From Candidatus Krumholzibacteriia bacterium (GTDB lineage: Bacteria > Krumholzibacteriota > Krumholzibacteriia > JAJRXK01), in contig JBGPIA010000008.1 in NCBI GenBank assembly GCA_041484665.1, positions 32,001 to 96,000 of the forward strand: a stretch of DNA of 64,000 nucleotides. The letters are read 5' to 3'. The notes under the pieces are model-generated. The model made no database searches. It had not been told where the DNA came from and was given only the letters and a program-made list of their open reading frames with translations. Made by a program: the position numbers and the translations under genes. Positions 15,955 to 26,289 of this stretch are shown piece by piece. Numbering within the stretch: position 1 is the stretch's first letter; the number at the start of each line of letters is the position of its first letter.

Positions 15955-18669
15955 TCAGCGGATCAAGCTAACCACACGAGTCTGGGCCCGTCCATCCGCG
16001 ATGAGTCGCAGCAGGTACGCGCCCGAGGCCAGCGCGTGTCCACGATCGTCGCTACCGTTCCAGGCGAGCTGGTGGTCCCCGGCGTCGAGGCGACCGCGCA
16101 GCAGCTCCGCGAGGCGCCGGCCGCGCGCGTCGAGCACCTCGACCACCACGCTCCCGGCCGACGCCAGGGTGAAGCGGATGGTGGTCTGCGGGTTGAACGG
16201 GTTGGGCACGTTGGGCAGAAGCGCGGTGATCCGCCCGGGCGTCGCCGTACCGTCGAGCTGGATCTCGGCCGTGCTGGTCGCCACGACGCTGGCGCCCTGC
16301 GCCACCTGCACCCGGTAGCGCAGGCGCAGCCCGGGCCGCAGCGCGATGCCCTCGAGGCGGTCGAGAAACGCGATCGCGCCGTCGCCGCTTGCCTCTGACA
16401 GGTGGAGCCAGGGGCCCGTGTCGAGAGCGCGGTCGAGCTGCCACCACGCGCTGGCTAGCTCGGAGGCTCCGGCGTTCGCCGTGTTTCCGGGCGCCTGCCA
16501 GTGGAAGGCCACCTCCACGCCCTCGGGCTTCCGGGTCAGGCGCGGGCCGTCCAGCAGCACCGGCAGCAGGTCGTCCATGCCCCGCGACGACACGCTCCCG
16601 CCCAGCGTGCCCACGTGGATCCGCGGGACCGAGCCAGTGGTGAGCGCGAGCGCCTGGACCTGCTCCACGCGCAGCCCGTCGTTGAACTCCTGCCAGTGCC
16701 GGCCCCGATCCGCCGAGCGCCAGACGCCGCGGCTGTCGAGCCCCACGTACAAGTCGCGCGTCTGCGGCAGGTACAGCATCGCGTTCACGTCGCGGGCGGG
16801 CAGGGCAGCGCCAATGTCGCTCGCCACGCCGTGGTCGTAGATGTGCAGGCTCGAGGTCGTGGCGACCACGACCACATCGCCCGCCCCCGTGGGCAGCTCC
16901 AGGGCGCGGTAGGATGCCGACGGCGGTGCGGGCATCTCCTGTGCGGCGAACGGGCCCCCGTCGCGGCCGCTGTAGACGTCGTCATCGTCGAGGGTGAGCC
17001 AGATCGAGCTGTCGGCCGGCGCTGCCGCCAGCGCGAAACACGGCGTCTGGTTGGTCGACAGTCCCGCCACCGGATCCCAGGTAAGGCCGCCGTCGGCGCT
17101 GCGGAAGGCGCCGTGGTAGGTCGCCGCGTAGACCACCTGCGCGGCGAGCCACGGGGGCTGCAGGAACTGGAACACGGGCAGAGCGTCCGGCAGGCCGCTC
17201 ACCGGATGCCACGTGGCGCCGGCGTCATCGCTGCAGAAGCTGTTGCTGATAGCGCTGAGCAGCCAGCGATTGCTGCCACGCAGGCGGATCACACCGTTGA
17301 TGCCCAGCTCGTCGAGGTCCCCGGTGTGGTCCGTCCAGCTCTGACCGGCGTCGGGGCTGAGGTAGAGCCGTCCATGCCGGGTGCCCGCCAGCAGCGAATC
17401 GCCCCATGCCCACAGGCTGCTGATCCAGGCGGCGCGCAGGCCCTGGTTGTGCGGCTGCCAACTCCCGCCGCCGGGCGCGCTCCGCACGAAGCCTCGCGTG
17501 TAGGTCCCCAGCGCGAGCTGCAACGGGGAGGCCCCCTCCGCCAGGATGGCCCAGACCTCCGGGTGGGCGAGCCCCAGCCCGTCGGGCAGCAGCGTCCAGC
17601 TTTGCCCCAGATTGGTCGACGCGTGCAGGCCCAGCTCCGTGGCCAGCAGCACCGTGCCAGCTTGCGGCACCACCTGCACGGCGCGCGAGATAGGATGCGA
17701 ATCGGAGTCGGGAACGACCCCGGCGTAGTGGAATGGCTGCAAGCTCTGAAAATTCTCGGTCACGTAGAGGCCGGAGGCATAAGACGCCACCAGCAGCGTG
17801 TCGAGGCTGGTCCCCCAGGCTTCCAGGTCCTCCATGAGCACGTCGGGCAGGCCGGCGGTCACCTCCGTGAATGTCCGGCCGTGGTTGGCCGTCGTGTAGA
17901 GCGACGATGGCCCCAGCGCGAGCTGCTGCTGCGGAGCAAACGGAGGGATCACCACGTCCAGCATTGTGAAGTTCTCGAGCCAGCGCAGCGAATCGGGCCA
18001 GCTGCCGCCCCCAGTACGCGACAGCCACATCCCGTCGCTAGTGCTCAGCACGACGCTGCTCGTGTCGTCGGGTCGGATGGCGATGCCGGTGATCTCGGGA
18101 GCAGCGTCGTTGCCACCCAGCCCCACCGCATTGCGCGACTCCCACTGGAACGTGGGCGCCTGAGAGCGCCACACGCCGTGATCGGCGGTGCCAGCGTAGA
18201 CGAAGGGGGTGGTGTGCGACTCGGCAGTCAGCACGTTGATGTAGCGGCCCGACATCGCACCGGCGACGCTCGCCCACGTGAGCCCGTTGTCGTTGCTGAC
18301 GAACACGCCGCCGCCGAAGGTGCCGGCCAGCAGCGGACCCGGCATGCCTGATGGGCGGAGCAACGCGGTGACCCAGGCAATATCGGGTCCATGGCTGACC
18401 CAAGACCCGGCCGCCTGGGCGGAAGGTGCGGTGAGCATCACCCGGGACGCTGCGGCGAGCAGGAGCGCGCCGACGAGCGCGCGGGTGCGGACGAACTTGC
18501 TCGTGCGGATCGGCGCGTGGCCGCGCACCGGCGCATCGGTGCGGATGGTCGCATCGTTGCGGACGAGCGCATCGTTGCGGACGAGCGCACGGGAACGGTC
18601 GAGGGGGTCATGGGAGACGATCCGCCGACGTCGCGTCCCGGACGCCGTGTGCTGGGCTGAGCGGTCCAT
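15955..18669 (-). CDS. Large secreted BNR/Asp-box beta-propeller protein with C-terminal FlgD-Ig/T9SS-like domain
   Basis: Many SxDxGxxW repeats; PNPFNPQTTI...WNGSDDRG..LASGAY...VSLIR tail; signal peptide after a hexapeptide-repeat leader; start uncertain. Confidence 0.88.
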   Translation of the reverse strand: MDRSAQHTASGTRRRRIVSHDPLDRSRALVRNDALVRNDATIRTDAPVRGHAPIRTSKFVRTRALVGALLLAAASRVMLTAPSAQAAGSWVSHGPDIAWVTALLRPSGMPGPLLAGTFGGGVFVSNDNGLTWASVAGAMSGRYINVLTAESHTTPFVYAGTADHGVWRSQAPTFQWESRNAVGLGGNDAAPEITGIAIRPDDTSSVVLSTSDGMWLSRTGGGSWPDSLRWLENFTMLDVVIPPFAPQQQLALGPSSLYTTANHGRTFTEVTAGLPDVLMEDLEAWGTSLDTLLVASYASGLYVTENFQSLQPFHYAGVVPDSDSHPISRAVQVVPQAGTVLLATELGLHASTNLGQSWTLLPDGLGLAHPEVWAILAEGASPLQLALGTYTRGFVRSAPGGGSWQPHNQGLRAAWISSLWAWGDSLLAGTRHGRLYLSPDAGQSWTDHTGDLDELGINGVIRLRGSNRWLLSAISNSFCSDDAGATWHPVSGLPDALPVFQFLQPPWLAAQVVYAATYHGAFRSADGGLTWDPVAGLSTNQTPCFALAAAPADSSIWLTLDDDDVYSGRDGGPFAAQEMPAPPSASYRALELPTGAGDVVVVATTSSLHIYDHGVASDIGAALPARDVNAMLYLPQTRDLYVGLDSRGVWRSADRGRHWQEFNDGLRVEQVQALALTTGSVPRIHVGTLGGSVSSRGMDDLLPVLLDGPRLTRKPEGVEVAFHWQAPGNTANAGASELASAWWQLDRALDTGPWLHLSEASGDGAIAFLDRLEGIALRPGLRLRYRVQVAQGASVVATSTAEIQLDGTATPGRITALLPNVPNPFNPQTTIRFTLASAGSVVVEVLDARGRRLAELLRGRLDAGDHQLAWNGSDDRGHALASGAYLLRLIADGRAQTRVVSLIR

Positions 18670-18788
18670 CGCTTCGCCTTCCAGATGGGGGAGCCTTCGA
18701 GGGGGCCCCGGAGGGAGCGGTCCCATCGAGCGTAGCCGAGCCCCCTCCCCCCCACAAGGTATCGCTGGGAATGGCCGTCTTGGGCCTG

Positions 18789-20621
18789 TCAGGGGCCCGG
18801 CTGCGCATCTGGCTTGGCGCCCGCCGGCGCCCCCGGCCGCGCGCCCTGCGGCGCCGCGGACCCGGCGGCGGCTTCCGCCTGCTTGAGCCGAGCCAGCAGC
18901 TGCGGGTGGTTCGGCAACAGCGCCAGCGCCGCGCGGTAGCACTGCGCGGCCTGCTCCGACCGGCCCGACGACAGCAGGAGGTCGCCCGCCAGCGCGTGGC
19001 AGTGCACCAGCTCCTCGACGGGCGGGCGACCAGTGCGGCGCGCCTCGTCCTCCAGCCTCACGACCACGGCATCCAGCGCGCGCAGCGCCGCGTCGGTGCG
19101 GTGCATCATGGCCAGCGTCGTGGCGATGTTGATCTCCACGCGCCAGGCGGACGGATTCGCGGCGCGCACCGCCTCGAATTCGGCGAGCGCCTCGGAGTAG
19201 CGGCCCGACTCCAGCAACATACTGCCCACGTTCACGCGCAGCACGCCGGGGTCGCGCTGCACGCGCACCAGCCCCAGCAGCAGAGCCAGCGCCGCTGCGC
19301 CGGCGGTCACGGCCACGGCCGCCGTGATCCGCCGCGCGCGCAGCGCGTCCAGCAGCTCCATGCCGGCGTACGCGGCGAAGGGCAGGGCCGCAGCGGTCAT
19401 GGGCAGGCGGAAACGCTCGAACACGAAGAAGGGTACGAGCATCAGCCCCGAGCCCAGCACGAACGCGCGCAGCGCCCACAGGTCGCGCCGGCGGCGCGAA
19501 AGCCAGATCCCCACGAGCGCAGCGGGGAGCAGCACCCGTGGACGCGCCACGGGATCGCGCAGCACGCCCATCCAGCGCGCAGCCAGCCCGCTGTCCAGCA
19601 CGTCGGCCTGCTCCTGGGGGCCCCACAGCAGCGCGAGCTTCTTGAGTGTGAGCCCCAGCGCCGCCAACGGCTGCTGCCGCCACCACGCCAAGCCCCTCCC
19701 CCACCAGTGGCGCGAGACCTCGGCCGACGTCAGCGGCCGGCCCTCCGCCGCGGTGGCCAGCTGCACGGCGTCGCTCTCCTCGACGGTGGCGTCGCTGCGG
19801 TCCTGTCGCAGCGCGAGATAGCTCCCGTCCGCGCCGGTGTGGTTGCCGATGTAGAAATTCGTGCCGCCGCCGTAGGCCACCACCACGAAGCCTCCGCCGC
19901 GCGCCAGGTTCTGCGCGGTTGGCACCGCGAGCACCAGCACGCTTGCGAGCGCGTACGCGCCCAGCGCGCGTCTGCCCGGCGCGCTGGGCCAGCCACGCCG
20001 CGTGGCGAGCGCCCCCCCCAGCAGCAGCAGGACCGCCACGCCCGCCAGCTCGCCCTGCAGCAGCGACGCGAGCCCCAGACACAGCCCTCCCACAGCCCAG
20101 CGCCGGACCGGACGGCGGCGGGTGGTGGAGGCCGCAGCGGAGCCGGCGGCGGGCTCGACCAGCGCCGACACCGCCATCAAGCACAGCAGCACGCACAGCG
20201 CGGGTTTAAGGAGCAGCACTTCGTGGAACAACGCGATGGGATAGACCGCCCAGAGCAGTCCGGCCAGCGCCGCCTCACGCGGGCCGAAGCAGGTGCGTGC
20301 GATGCGCCACGTGAGCAGTGCGCTCATCACTCCGCACGCGAGCTGGATGACCTTCACCGCGGCGGGGCTGGCGCCCAGCCCCAGGAGAGCGGCCAGGAAG
20401 TAGCCGTAACCGGGAGTCTGGTAGAACGCGCCGTGCGATGGCGCTTTGCCGGCGAGTATCGACCTTGCGAGGTCGAGGTAGGCGGCCTCGTCCACGATCG
20501 GGGCCGTCCAGAAGGGCGCATGGCGCGCCTGGAGCAGCGCCACCACGCGCACGGCCACGGCGGTGAGCAGCACGAGCAGGAAACCAACTGATGGCCGCTG
20601 CGGAGGAGGTGCCCAGCCCAA
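18789..20621 (-). CDS. GT-C fold (ArnT/PMT-like) membrane glycosyltransferase with C-terminal TPRs
   Basis: PIVDEAAY acidic motif after TM1; many TM segments; GGTNFYIGN and ERFRLP motifs; TPR-like helices; probable TTG start 20621. Confidence 0.85.
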   Translation of the reverse strand: MGWAPPPQRPSVGFLLVLLTAVAVRVVALLQARHAPFWTAPIVDEAAYLDLARSILAGKAPSHGAFYQTPGYGYFLAALLGLGASPAAVKVIQLACGVMSALLTWRIARTCFGPREAALAGLLWAVYPIALFHEVLLLKPALCVLLCLMAVSALVEPAAGSAAASTTRRRPVRRWAVGGLCLGLASLLQGELAGVAVLLLLGGALATRRGWPSAPGRRALGAYALASVLVLAVPTAQNLARGGGFVVVAYGGGTNFYIGNHTGADGSYLALRQDRSDATVEESDAVQLATAAEGRPLTSAEVSRHWWGRGLAWWRQQPLAALGLTLKKLALLWGPQEQADVLDSGLAARWMGVLRDPVARPRVLLPAALVGIWLSRRRRDLWALRAFVLGSGLMLVPFFVFERFRLPMTAAALPFAAYAGMELLDALRARRITAAVAVTAGAAALALLLGLVRVQRDPGVLRVNVGSMLLESGRYSEALAEFEAVRAANPSAWRVEINIATTLAMMHRTDAALRALDAVVVRLEDEARRTGRPPVEELVHCHALAGDLLLSSGRSEQAAQCYRAALALLPNHPQLLARLKQAEAAAGSAAPQGARPGAPAGAKPDAQPGP

Positions 20622-20637
20622 GGCAGCCCTCCGGCCG

Positions 20638-21606
20638 CTAGCTTGCCGAGGACGAGGGCGCCGGGGGCACCGCCGATGCGGTGGACCCCAATGCCGGGGG
20701 CGTCGCCGGCGCAGTGGACCCCCCTGCCGGGGGCGTCGCCGGTGCCGTGGACTGGGGCGATGAGGAGGCCGTGGTTGTCGCCGCCGAACCCGACCCGGCG
20801 CGGCGCGCGAGGAAGGGCCGCAGCAGTTCGAGCGCTTCGTCATGAACGTGCCCGTTGCTGGCCAGCAGCTCGATGGAGGCCGGGCCGAACGGGGTGCCGT
20901 CGCCCGTGGTCACGCGGCCGCCCGCCTCGTGCACAAGCAGGAGCCCCGCGGCGACGTCATAGATGTTCTGGGGCACGCTCTTGCCGGCCAGCAGCAGGTC
21001 GAGCCGGCCCGCAGCCACGTACGCCAGCTCCAGGGCGATCGTGCCCAGACGCCGTGTCTTGAGCGCCCTCGTGTGGAGCGCCTGCAGCAGCGCCGGTTCG
21101 CGCACGAACAGGCCGCGCGACGACAGCTGCGTGCTGACGATGGCTTCCGAGAGGGTGCGGCGGTCGCTGGGGTGGATGCGCTGCTGCCCGAGAACGGCTC
21201 CGCTCCCGCGCGCCGCCAGGAAGAGCTCGCCCCGCAGCGGGTCGATCACGCCGCCCGCGAGCACACCCCCGCCGTCAGACACGGCGATGCTGACGCTGAA
21301 GAACGGGATGCCCAGCGAGTAGTTGAGCGTCCCGTCGATGGGATCCAGCTGCCACTCCCAGCGCGAATGGCGGGCGCCGCTCTCTCCGCGCTCCTCGCCG
21401 CAGATCCGATGTTCCGGAAATCGTGTGCGGATGCGGGTCACGAGCACCCCCTCGACCTCACTGTCGATCGGGGTGATCGCCTCGCGCCCGCGCTTGAACG
21501 TGAGCGGTCCGGTCGTGCCGAACCCCCGGGCGACCCGCTCGCCGGCCTCCTGCAGCAGGTCTGCGATGAACGCGCGCAGGGCGAGCGGCTCGGTGCCGGC
21601 GCTCAT
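20638..21606 (-). CDS. suhB: Inositol monophosphatase family protein
   Basis: GEE, LDPIDGTLNY, VAAGRLD and YDVAAG motifs; 33-nt repeat tail. Confidence 0.88.
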   Translation of the reverse strand: MSAGTEPLALRAFIADLLQEAGERVARGFGTTGPLTFKRGREAITPIDSEVEGVLVTRIRTRFPEHRICGEERGESGARHSRWEWQLDPIDGTLNYSLGIPFFSVSIAVSDGGGVLAGGVIDPLRGELFLAARGSGAVLGQQRIHPSDRRTLSEAIVSTQLSSRGLFVREPALLQALHTRALKTRRLGTIALELAYVAAGRLDLLLAGKSVPQNIYDVAAGLLLVHEAGGRVTTGDGTPFGPASIELLASNGHVHDEALELLRPFLARRAGSGSAATTTASSSPQSTAPATPPAGGSTAPATPPALGSTASAVPPAPSSSAS

Positions 21607-21830
21607 GACGCAGCTCCGGCGGTCGGACCCCAGCAGGCGTGGGCGGCCGGATCCGTGGGGATGGCGGCAACCGGATCCGTGGGGCCGCAGGCGGTCGAAT
21701 CCTTGGGGACGCGGGTGGCCAGACCCCCGAAGGCAGGTGCGGCTGGCTGGGAAGCGACCAGGTCCATGGCGGAGGCGGGGGCCATCTGGACGGGCATCGC
21801 GATGGATCTGGCGAACGGTACGAGGGGCAT
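21603..21830 (-). CDS. Possible small hypothetical protein coupled to suhB
   Basis: Stop overlaps the suhB ATG (ATGA); contains a 24-nt (in-frame) repeat. Confidence 0.3.
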   Translation of the reverse strand: MPLVPFARSIAMPVQMAPASAMDLVASQPAAPAFGGLATRVPKDSTACGPTDPVAAIPTDPAAHACWGPTAGAAS

Positions 21831-22004
21831 CTCAAGGGCAGCGTACGACAGGCCCCGGTCAGGGGGCAACCTCGCCACCCCCCTCGTGCGTCTCAATACT
21901 GGTGATGGGACGCCCGGCGACTTCGGACTACCATGTCCGTGCGTGTCCCCGTACGCAAGCTTCCGCTACCACGATGAGCCATCGGACCGGTGAGGGCCTC
22001 CCGG

Positions 22005-24485
22005 ATGTCGCGCCCCAGAGGTAGCCGCCTGCTCCTGCTGGGCGTGAGTCTCATCGCCCTGCTGGCAGTGGGGATCTGCGTGCTCGACGCCACCCAGGTG
22101 CGCCCCACCGACGGCGCATTCTGGTTGCTGGGCGGCAAGGAGATCCGCGTCATCGGACTGCTGCCGGGCGGCCCCGCCGACGCCGCCGGCCTGCAGATCG
22201 ACGACGTGATCGAGGGCATCGCCCACACCCCGATCCGCTCGCCCGGCCACGCCGCGACGCTGCTCCAGCAGCACGCGGTCGGCGACACCCTCTCGTACAT
22301 CGTGCGCCGCGGGCCGGTGGTGGCGCCCGTCCAGATCGTGCTGGCGAGTACGCGAGCCACCGATCTGTCCACGTACTGGATCTACTGCGGGCTCGGGCTG
22401 GTCTACTTCCTGGTCGGCCTTTATGTGTTCTGGAAGAACTCGCATCAGAAGGCGGCCCGCCTCTTCTACCTGCTGTGCTCGGTCTTCATGGTGTTCTTCT
22501 TCTCGGCCAGCGAGCGCACCACCGAATACTACCTGGCCGAGCTGCTCTCCACCAACCTCAGCGCGTTGAGCAGCCTGCTGGTCCCGCCGCTCTTCCTGCA
22601 CTTCTTCCTGGCGTTCCCACGCGAGCGCGAGTTCATGCGGCGCCGCCGCTGGCTGGCCGCGGCGGTGTACGTGCTGCCGTTGCTCTTCTATATCCAATTC
22701 ACCCACAACCAGTTCTTCGGCAGCCGTCCCGCACAGATCTCCGGCGCGCAGCAGCTCGCGCTGGGGCTGTACTTCACCGGCGGACTGACCAGCCTGGTGG
22801 CCAACTACCTCAGCAGCCGCGACCCCCTGCTGCGCCAGCGCGTGAAGGTGCTCACGCTGGGCACGGTGCTGGGCGTGCTGCCCTTTCTGATTTTCAACAT
22901 CGCAGCGCAGATCCTGCTGGGACGGCAACGCTTCGCTCTGCTGGGGGCCGTGCCCATGGTGCTGGTGCCCGTGAGCTTTGGCTACTCCATCGCACGCTAC
23001 CGGCTGATGGACGTCGAGGTCATCGTACGCCGGTCGCTGGTCTACGCGGTGCTCACGGGCATCGTGGTCGGCGCATACCTGGTGATCGTGGTGCTGGTGG
23101 GGCGCACCGTCCTGAATCTCTCCGGGCAGAACAGCCAGCTCGTGGCCATCATCGCCACCCTGCTGATCGCAGCGGCGTTCACTCCGGCCCGCGACCGCAT
23201 CCAGGAGTTCCTCGACAGGCGGTTCTTCCGCGAGAAGCACGACATGCAGCAGGCGCTCAACGAGCTGTCGCTCTCCATCCCGCGCACCATCGAGCGTCCA
23301 GCGCTGGAGGAGCTGGTGCGCGGCTCGGTCACGTCGCTGCTGCACCCCAGTCGTTTCGCGCTGGTCCCGGCGAAAGAAGGCGTCCTGTGCATGGAGTGCG
23401 GGCAGGACGGCGACCCGCCCGGACGCCCGTTGCACGACCTCACTGGGATCTTGGCGCGCCGCCGCGTCCCCATGACCCACGAGATGCTGGCCCTGGAGAT
23501 CAGCCGTCCCGTCCGGGAAGGGCAGGGCTATCAGCAGCTGCCCGTCGAGATCGAGACGCTGCGCGCGGCGGGCCTCTCCACCGTCGTGCCAGCCTTCGCT
23601 GGCGATCGGCTCGTGGCCGCGCTCTGCCTCGGGCCCAAGCTGAGCGATTCGCCGTACAACGGCGAGGAACTCGACCTGCTGACGATCGTCGCAGGCCAGA
23701 TGGCCGTCCAGCTGGAGAACACGCGCCTCTACGACGAAGTGATCGAGCGCAAGCGCCTCGAGGAGGAGCTGGCGACCGCGCGGTCGATCCAGCAGCGCCT
23801 GCTGCCGCGCAGCGTGCCGGAGGTGCAGGGCTTCCAGGTGGCCGCTCTCAACCTGCCGTCGGCGCAGGTGAGCGGCGATTACTACGACTTCATCCCGTTC
23901 TCCGACGGCAAGGTCGGATTCATCGTGAGCGACGTCTCGGGCAAGGGGCTGCCAGCGTCGCTTCTGGCAAGCAATCTGCAAGCGTCGATCCGGGCGCTGG
24001 CGACGATCCACAGCAGCCCGGCCGCGATCCTGACGGCCGTGAACCACACGCTCTACGAGAACACCGACGCCGACCGTTTCGCGACGTTGTTCTGGGTGGC
24101 GGTCAGGCCCGCGGGGCGCACGCTGATCTACAGCAATGCGGGCCACAACCCGGCGCTGCTGCGCCGGGCCGATGGCCGCTGCGTCTGGCTGCAGGAGGGA
24201 GCCACCCCGCTGGGAGCGTTCCCTGGGATCGAGTACCCCGAGGCCGAAGTGGACTTCGTGCCCGGGGACCTGCTGATCCTGTACACCGACGGGGTCACCG
24301 AGGCGACGGACCCCCAAGGCGAGCAGTTCGGGACGGGAGGCATGCTCAAGGTGGTCGGGGAGTGTGCGGACTGGGAAGCGGAGGACATCGCCAACGCCCT
24401 GCGGGACGCGGTCTTCGCCCACTGCGCCGACAGCCGGACGGACGACGACCTGACCGTGATCGTGCTGCGGGCCATCGGGGTGTAG
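22005..24485 (+). CDS. PDZ-multiTM-GAF-PP2C (SpoIIE/RsbU-like) sensor phosphatase
   Basis: GPADAAGLQIDD PDZ; about 8 TM; VSGDYYD, DVSGKG, NAGH, LYTDGVTE and DDLT motifs. Confidence 0.93.
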   Translation: MSRPRGSRLLLLGVSLIALLAVGICVLDATQVRPTDGAFWLLGGKEIRVIGLLPGGPADAAGLQIDDVIEGIAHTPIRSPGHAATLLQQHAVGDTLSYIVRRGPVVAPVQIVLASTRATDLSTYWIYCGLGLVYFLVGLYVFWKNSHQKAARLFYLLCSVFMVFFFSASERTTEYYLAELLSTNLSALSSLLVPPLFLHFFLAFPREREFMRRRRWLAAAVYVLPLLFYIQFTHNQFFGSRPAQISGAQQLALGLYFTGGLTSLVANYLSSRDPLLRQRVKVLTLGTVLGVLPFLIFNIAAQILLGRQRFALLGAVPMVLVPVSFGYSIARYRLMDVEVIVRRSLVYAVLTGIVVGAYLVIVVLVGRTVLNLSGQNSQLVAIIATLLIAAAFTPARDRIQEFLDRRFFREKHDMQQALNELSLSIPRTIERPALEELVRGSVTSLLHPSRFALVPAKEGVLCMECGQDGDPPGRPLHDLTGILARRRVPMTHEMLALEISRPVREGQGYQQLPVEIETLRAAGLSTVVPAFAGDRLVAALCLGPKLSDSPYNGEELDLLTIVAGQMAVQLENTRLYDEVIERKRLEEELATARSIQQRLLPRSVPEVQGFQVAALNLPSAQVSGDYYDFIPFSDGKVGFIVSDVSGKGLPASLLASNLQASIRALATIHSSPAAILTAVNHTLYENTDADRFATLFWVAVRPAGRTLIYSNAGHNPALLRRADGRCVWLQEGATPLGAFPGIEYPEAEVDFVPGDLLILYTDGVTEATDPQGEQFGTGGMLKVVGECADWEAEDIANALRDAVFAHCADSRTDDDLTVIVLRAIGV

Positions 24486-24675
24486 GGCGAGGGGTGGGCC
24501 GACCGACGGGGCGCGGGCGGCCAGGCTTGTTGGGAAGCAGGCGCAACCTGTGGTGCTGCCGGGGCGTACACTCCGCGGTGCCCTAGACGGCTCACCGCGT
24601 CGCCGTGGCGCGTGCAGCGGCGAGCGCGCGGCTATGGTCGCTGTAACGGATTCACTGGCAAGGAGTTGAACGCTC

Positions 24676-26175
24676 ATGCGTCGACTGCTCTGGATCGGCG
24701 TCGGGGTGGTGCTGGCCACTGCGGTGGCTGTCGTGGCCTGGCCGCGGGAGAGGCGCGAGGTCACGACCCGATCGAAAGAGGCCTATCACGACTACCTCCA
24801 GGGCCGGGAGCTCACGGAGCGCTGGGACCACCTGGCCGCCCGGGACGCCTACCTCAAGGCCGTCAGCGCGGATAGCACCTTTGCCATGGCCTACCTCGGC
24901 CTGGCGCGCACGTACAACACCCTGCGCTGGATGAAGGAGCGCGACGACGCCCTGGCGCGCGCCGCGCGGCTGAGCAAGGGCTGCACGGAGCTGGAGTGCC
25001 TGTTGATCGCTGAGGGCAAGGCCGAGATGGACGGCGACCACAAGGCCACCAACGCCGCCCTCGACGACCTGCTGAAGAAGTACCCCGAAAATCCCGAGAC
25101 CATGATGCTGCAGGCGACGCGGCTGTGGCGCGACGAGCGCAAGCTCGATGAAGCGGCCGCGCTGCTGCAGAAGGCGCTGGCGGCCGATCCCACCCGGGTG
25201 ACCATCCACAACCTGATGGGCTACGTCGAGATGGAGCGCGGTAACTTCGACGCTGCCGTCGCCAGCCTGCAGCGCTACGCGTACTACGCCCCCAATCAGC
25301 CCAATCCCCACGATAGCCTCGGCGAGATCTATCTCAAGGCAGGGCGCTACGAAGAGGCGATCGCACAATACCTCGAGGCGCTGCGCATCCAGCCGGAGTT
25401 CACGAACTCAGCCCTCATGCTGGCGCAAGTGCTCGCGACGACCGGTCAGTACAAGCAGGGGCACCTGGTGCTCGACACGGCCCACGAGGTGTTCAGCCAT
25501 ATCAAGCAGGACCGCCAGTGGGAGCTGGCCCAGATCAGCGTGGACCTCGACGCCAAGCGCTACGAGGATGTCCTGACGCGCACACAGAAGTTCCTGCCCT
25601 TCCCGTCCGCACCCGATCTCGCGTTCCTCGCCCTGGAGCCACGCATCTACGCCATGCGCGCCTATTCTCAGATGGAGCTCGCCAAGTTCGACGATGCCGC
25701 CGCCAGCCTGGACGCCTACGACTCCTTCTGGGCGCTGTTGGAGAAGAGCAAGCCGGGTTACGTGGGCAAGCAGGACTCGGGTGACATCGCCCTCTCCTCC
25801 AAGCTGCTGCGCGCGCGCTTGCTGTCGCTCACCGGCAAGCACGATCAGGCAACCGAACTCGCGATCGCGGCCTTCAAGAACAGCGATAAGCCCGACAAGG
25901 ACCTCGTGTACTACTACGCGGCCGTAGCCCAGGTGGAGCTGCAGGGAGGCGCGAACCAGACGGCCGTCGAGCTGGCCAAGAAAGTGATCGCCGTCATCCC
26001 GACCAATCCCACCGCCAACCGCGTGCTTGGGTTGGCTCTGGCGAAACTCGGCGACAACGACGGTGCCCTCTCAGCGCTCACGACGTACCTCCATGTGATG
26101 CGCGCCGCGGACCCGGGCAACAAGGACCTCGACGAGGCCAAGGCCGTCTACGACCGGCTGCTGGCGTCGAGCTAG
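24676..26175 (+). CDS. Membrane-anchored/exported TPR protein
   Basis: AAGGAG RBS; N-terminal hydrophobic anchor; TPR motifs such as NPHDSLGEIYLKAGRYEEAI. Confidence 0.88.
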   Translation: MRRLLWIGVGVVLATAVAVVAWPRERREVTTRSKEAYHDYLQGRELTERWDHLAARDAYLKAVSADSTFAMAYLGLARTYNTLRWMKERDDALARAARLSKGCTELECLLIAEGKAEMDGDHKATNAALDDLLKKYPENPETMMLQATRLWRDERKLDEAAALLQKALAADPTRVTIHNLMGYVEMERGNFDAAVASLQRYAYYAPNQPNPHDSLGEIYLKAGRYEEAIAQYLEALRIQPEFTNSALMLAQVLATTGQYKQGHLVLDTAHEVFSHIKQDRQWELAQISVDLDAKRYEDVLTRTQKFLPFPSAPDLAFLALEPRIYAMRAYSQMELAKFDDAAASLDAYDSFWALLEKSKPGYVGKQDSGDIALSSKLLRARLLSLTGKHDQATELAIAAFKNSDKPDKDLVYYYAAVAQVELQGGANQTAVELAKKVIAVIPTNPTANRVLGLALAKLGDNDGALSALTTYLHVMRAADPGNKDLDEAKAVYDRLLASS

Positions 26176-26205
26176 GGCGACGCGTCGCCGTCGGCGACTC
26201 GCCCC

Positions 26206-26262
26206 CAACCCCCGCGCCGCCAACACCGCGCCGCCAACACCGCACCGCCAGTACCGCTCTGC
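26206..26262. repeat. 14-bp tandem repeat, about 4 units
   Basis: caacccccgcgccgc caacaccgcgccgc caacaccgcaccgc cagtaccgctctgc. Confidence 0.65.
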
Positions 26263-26289
26263 CAGCCACTCGCCCCCAGCCCTCGCGGC

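Noticed and set aside
18670..20196. First about 500 aa of the 1413-aa ORF
   Set aside because: Off-frame overlap with the GT-C gene; Arg/Ala/Gly-rich shadow translation
21966..24764. 932-aa minus-strand ORF
   Set aside because: Antisense shadow of the PP2C gene, with no motifs; expected at this GC content
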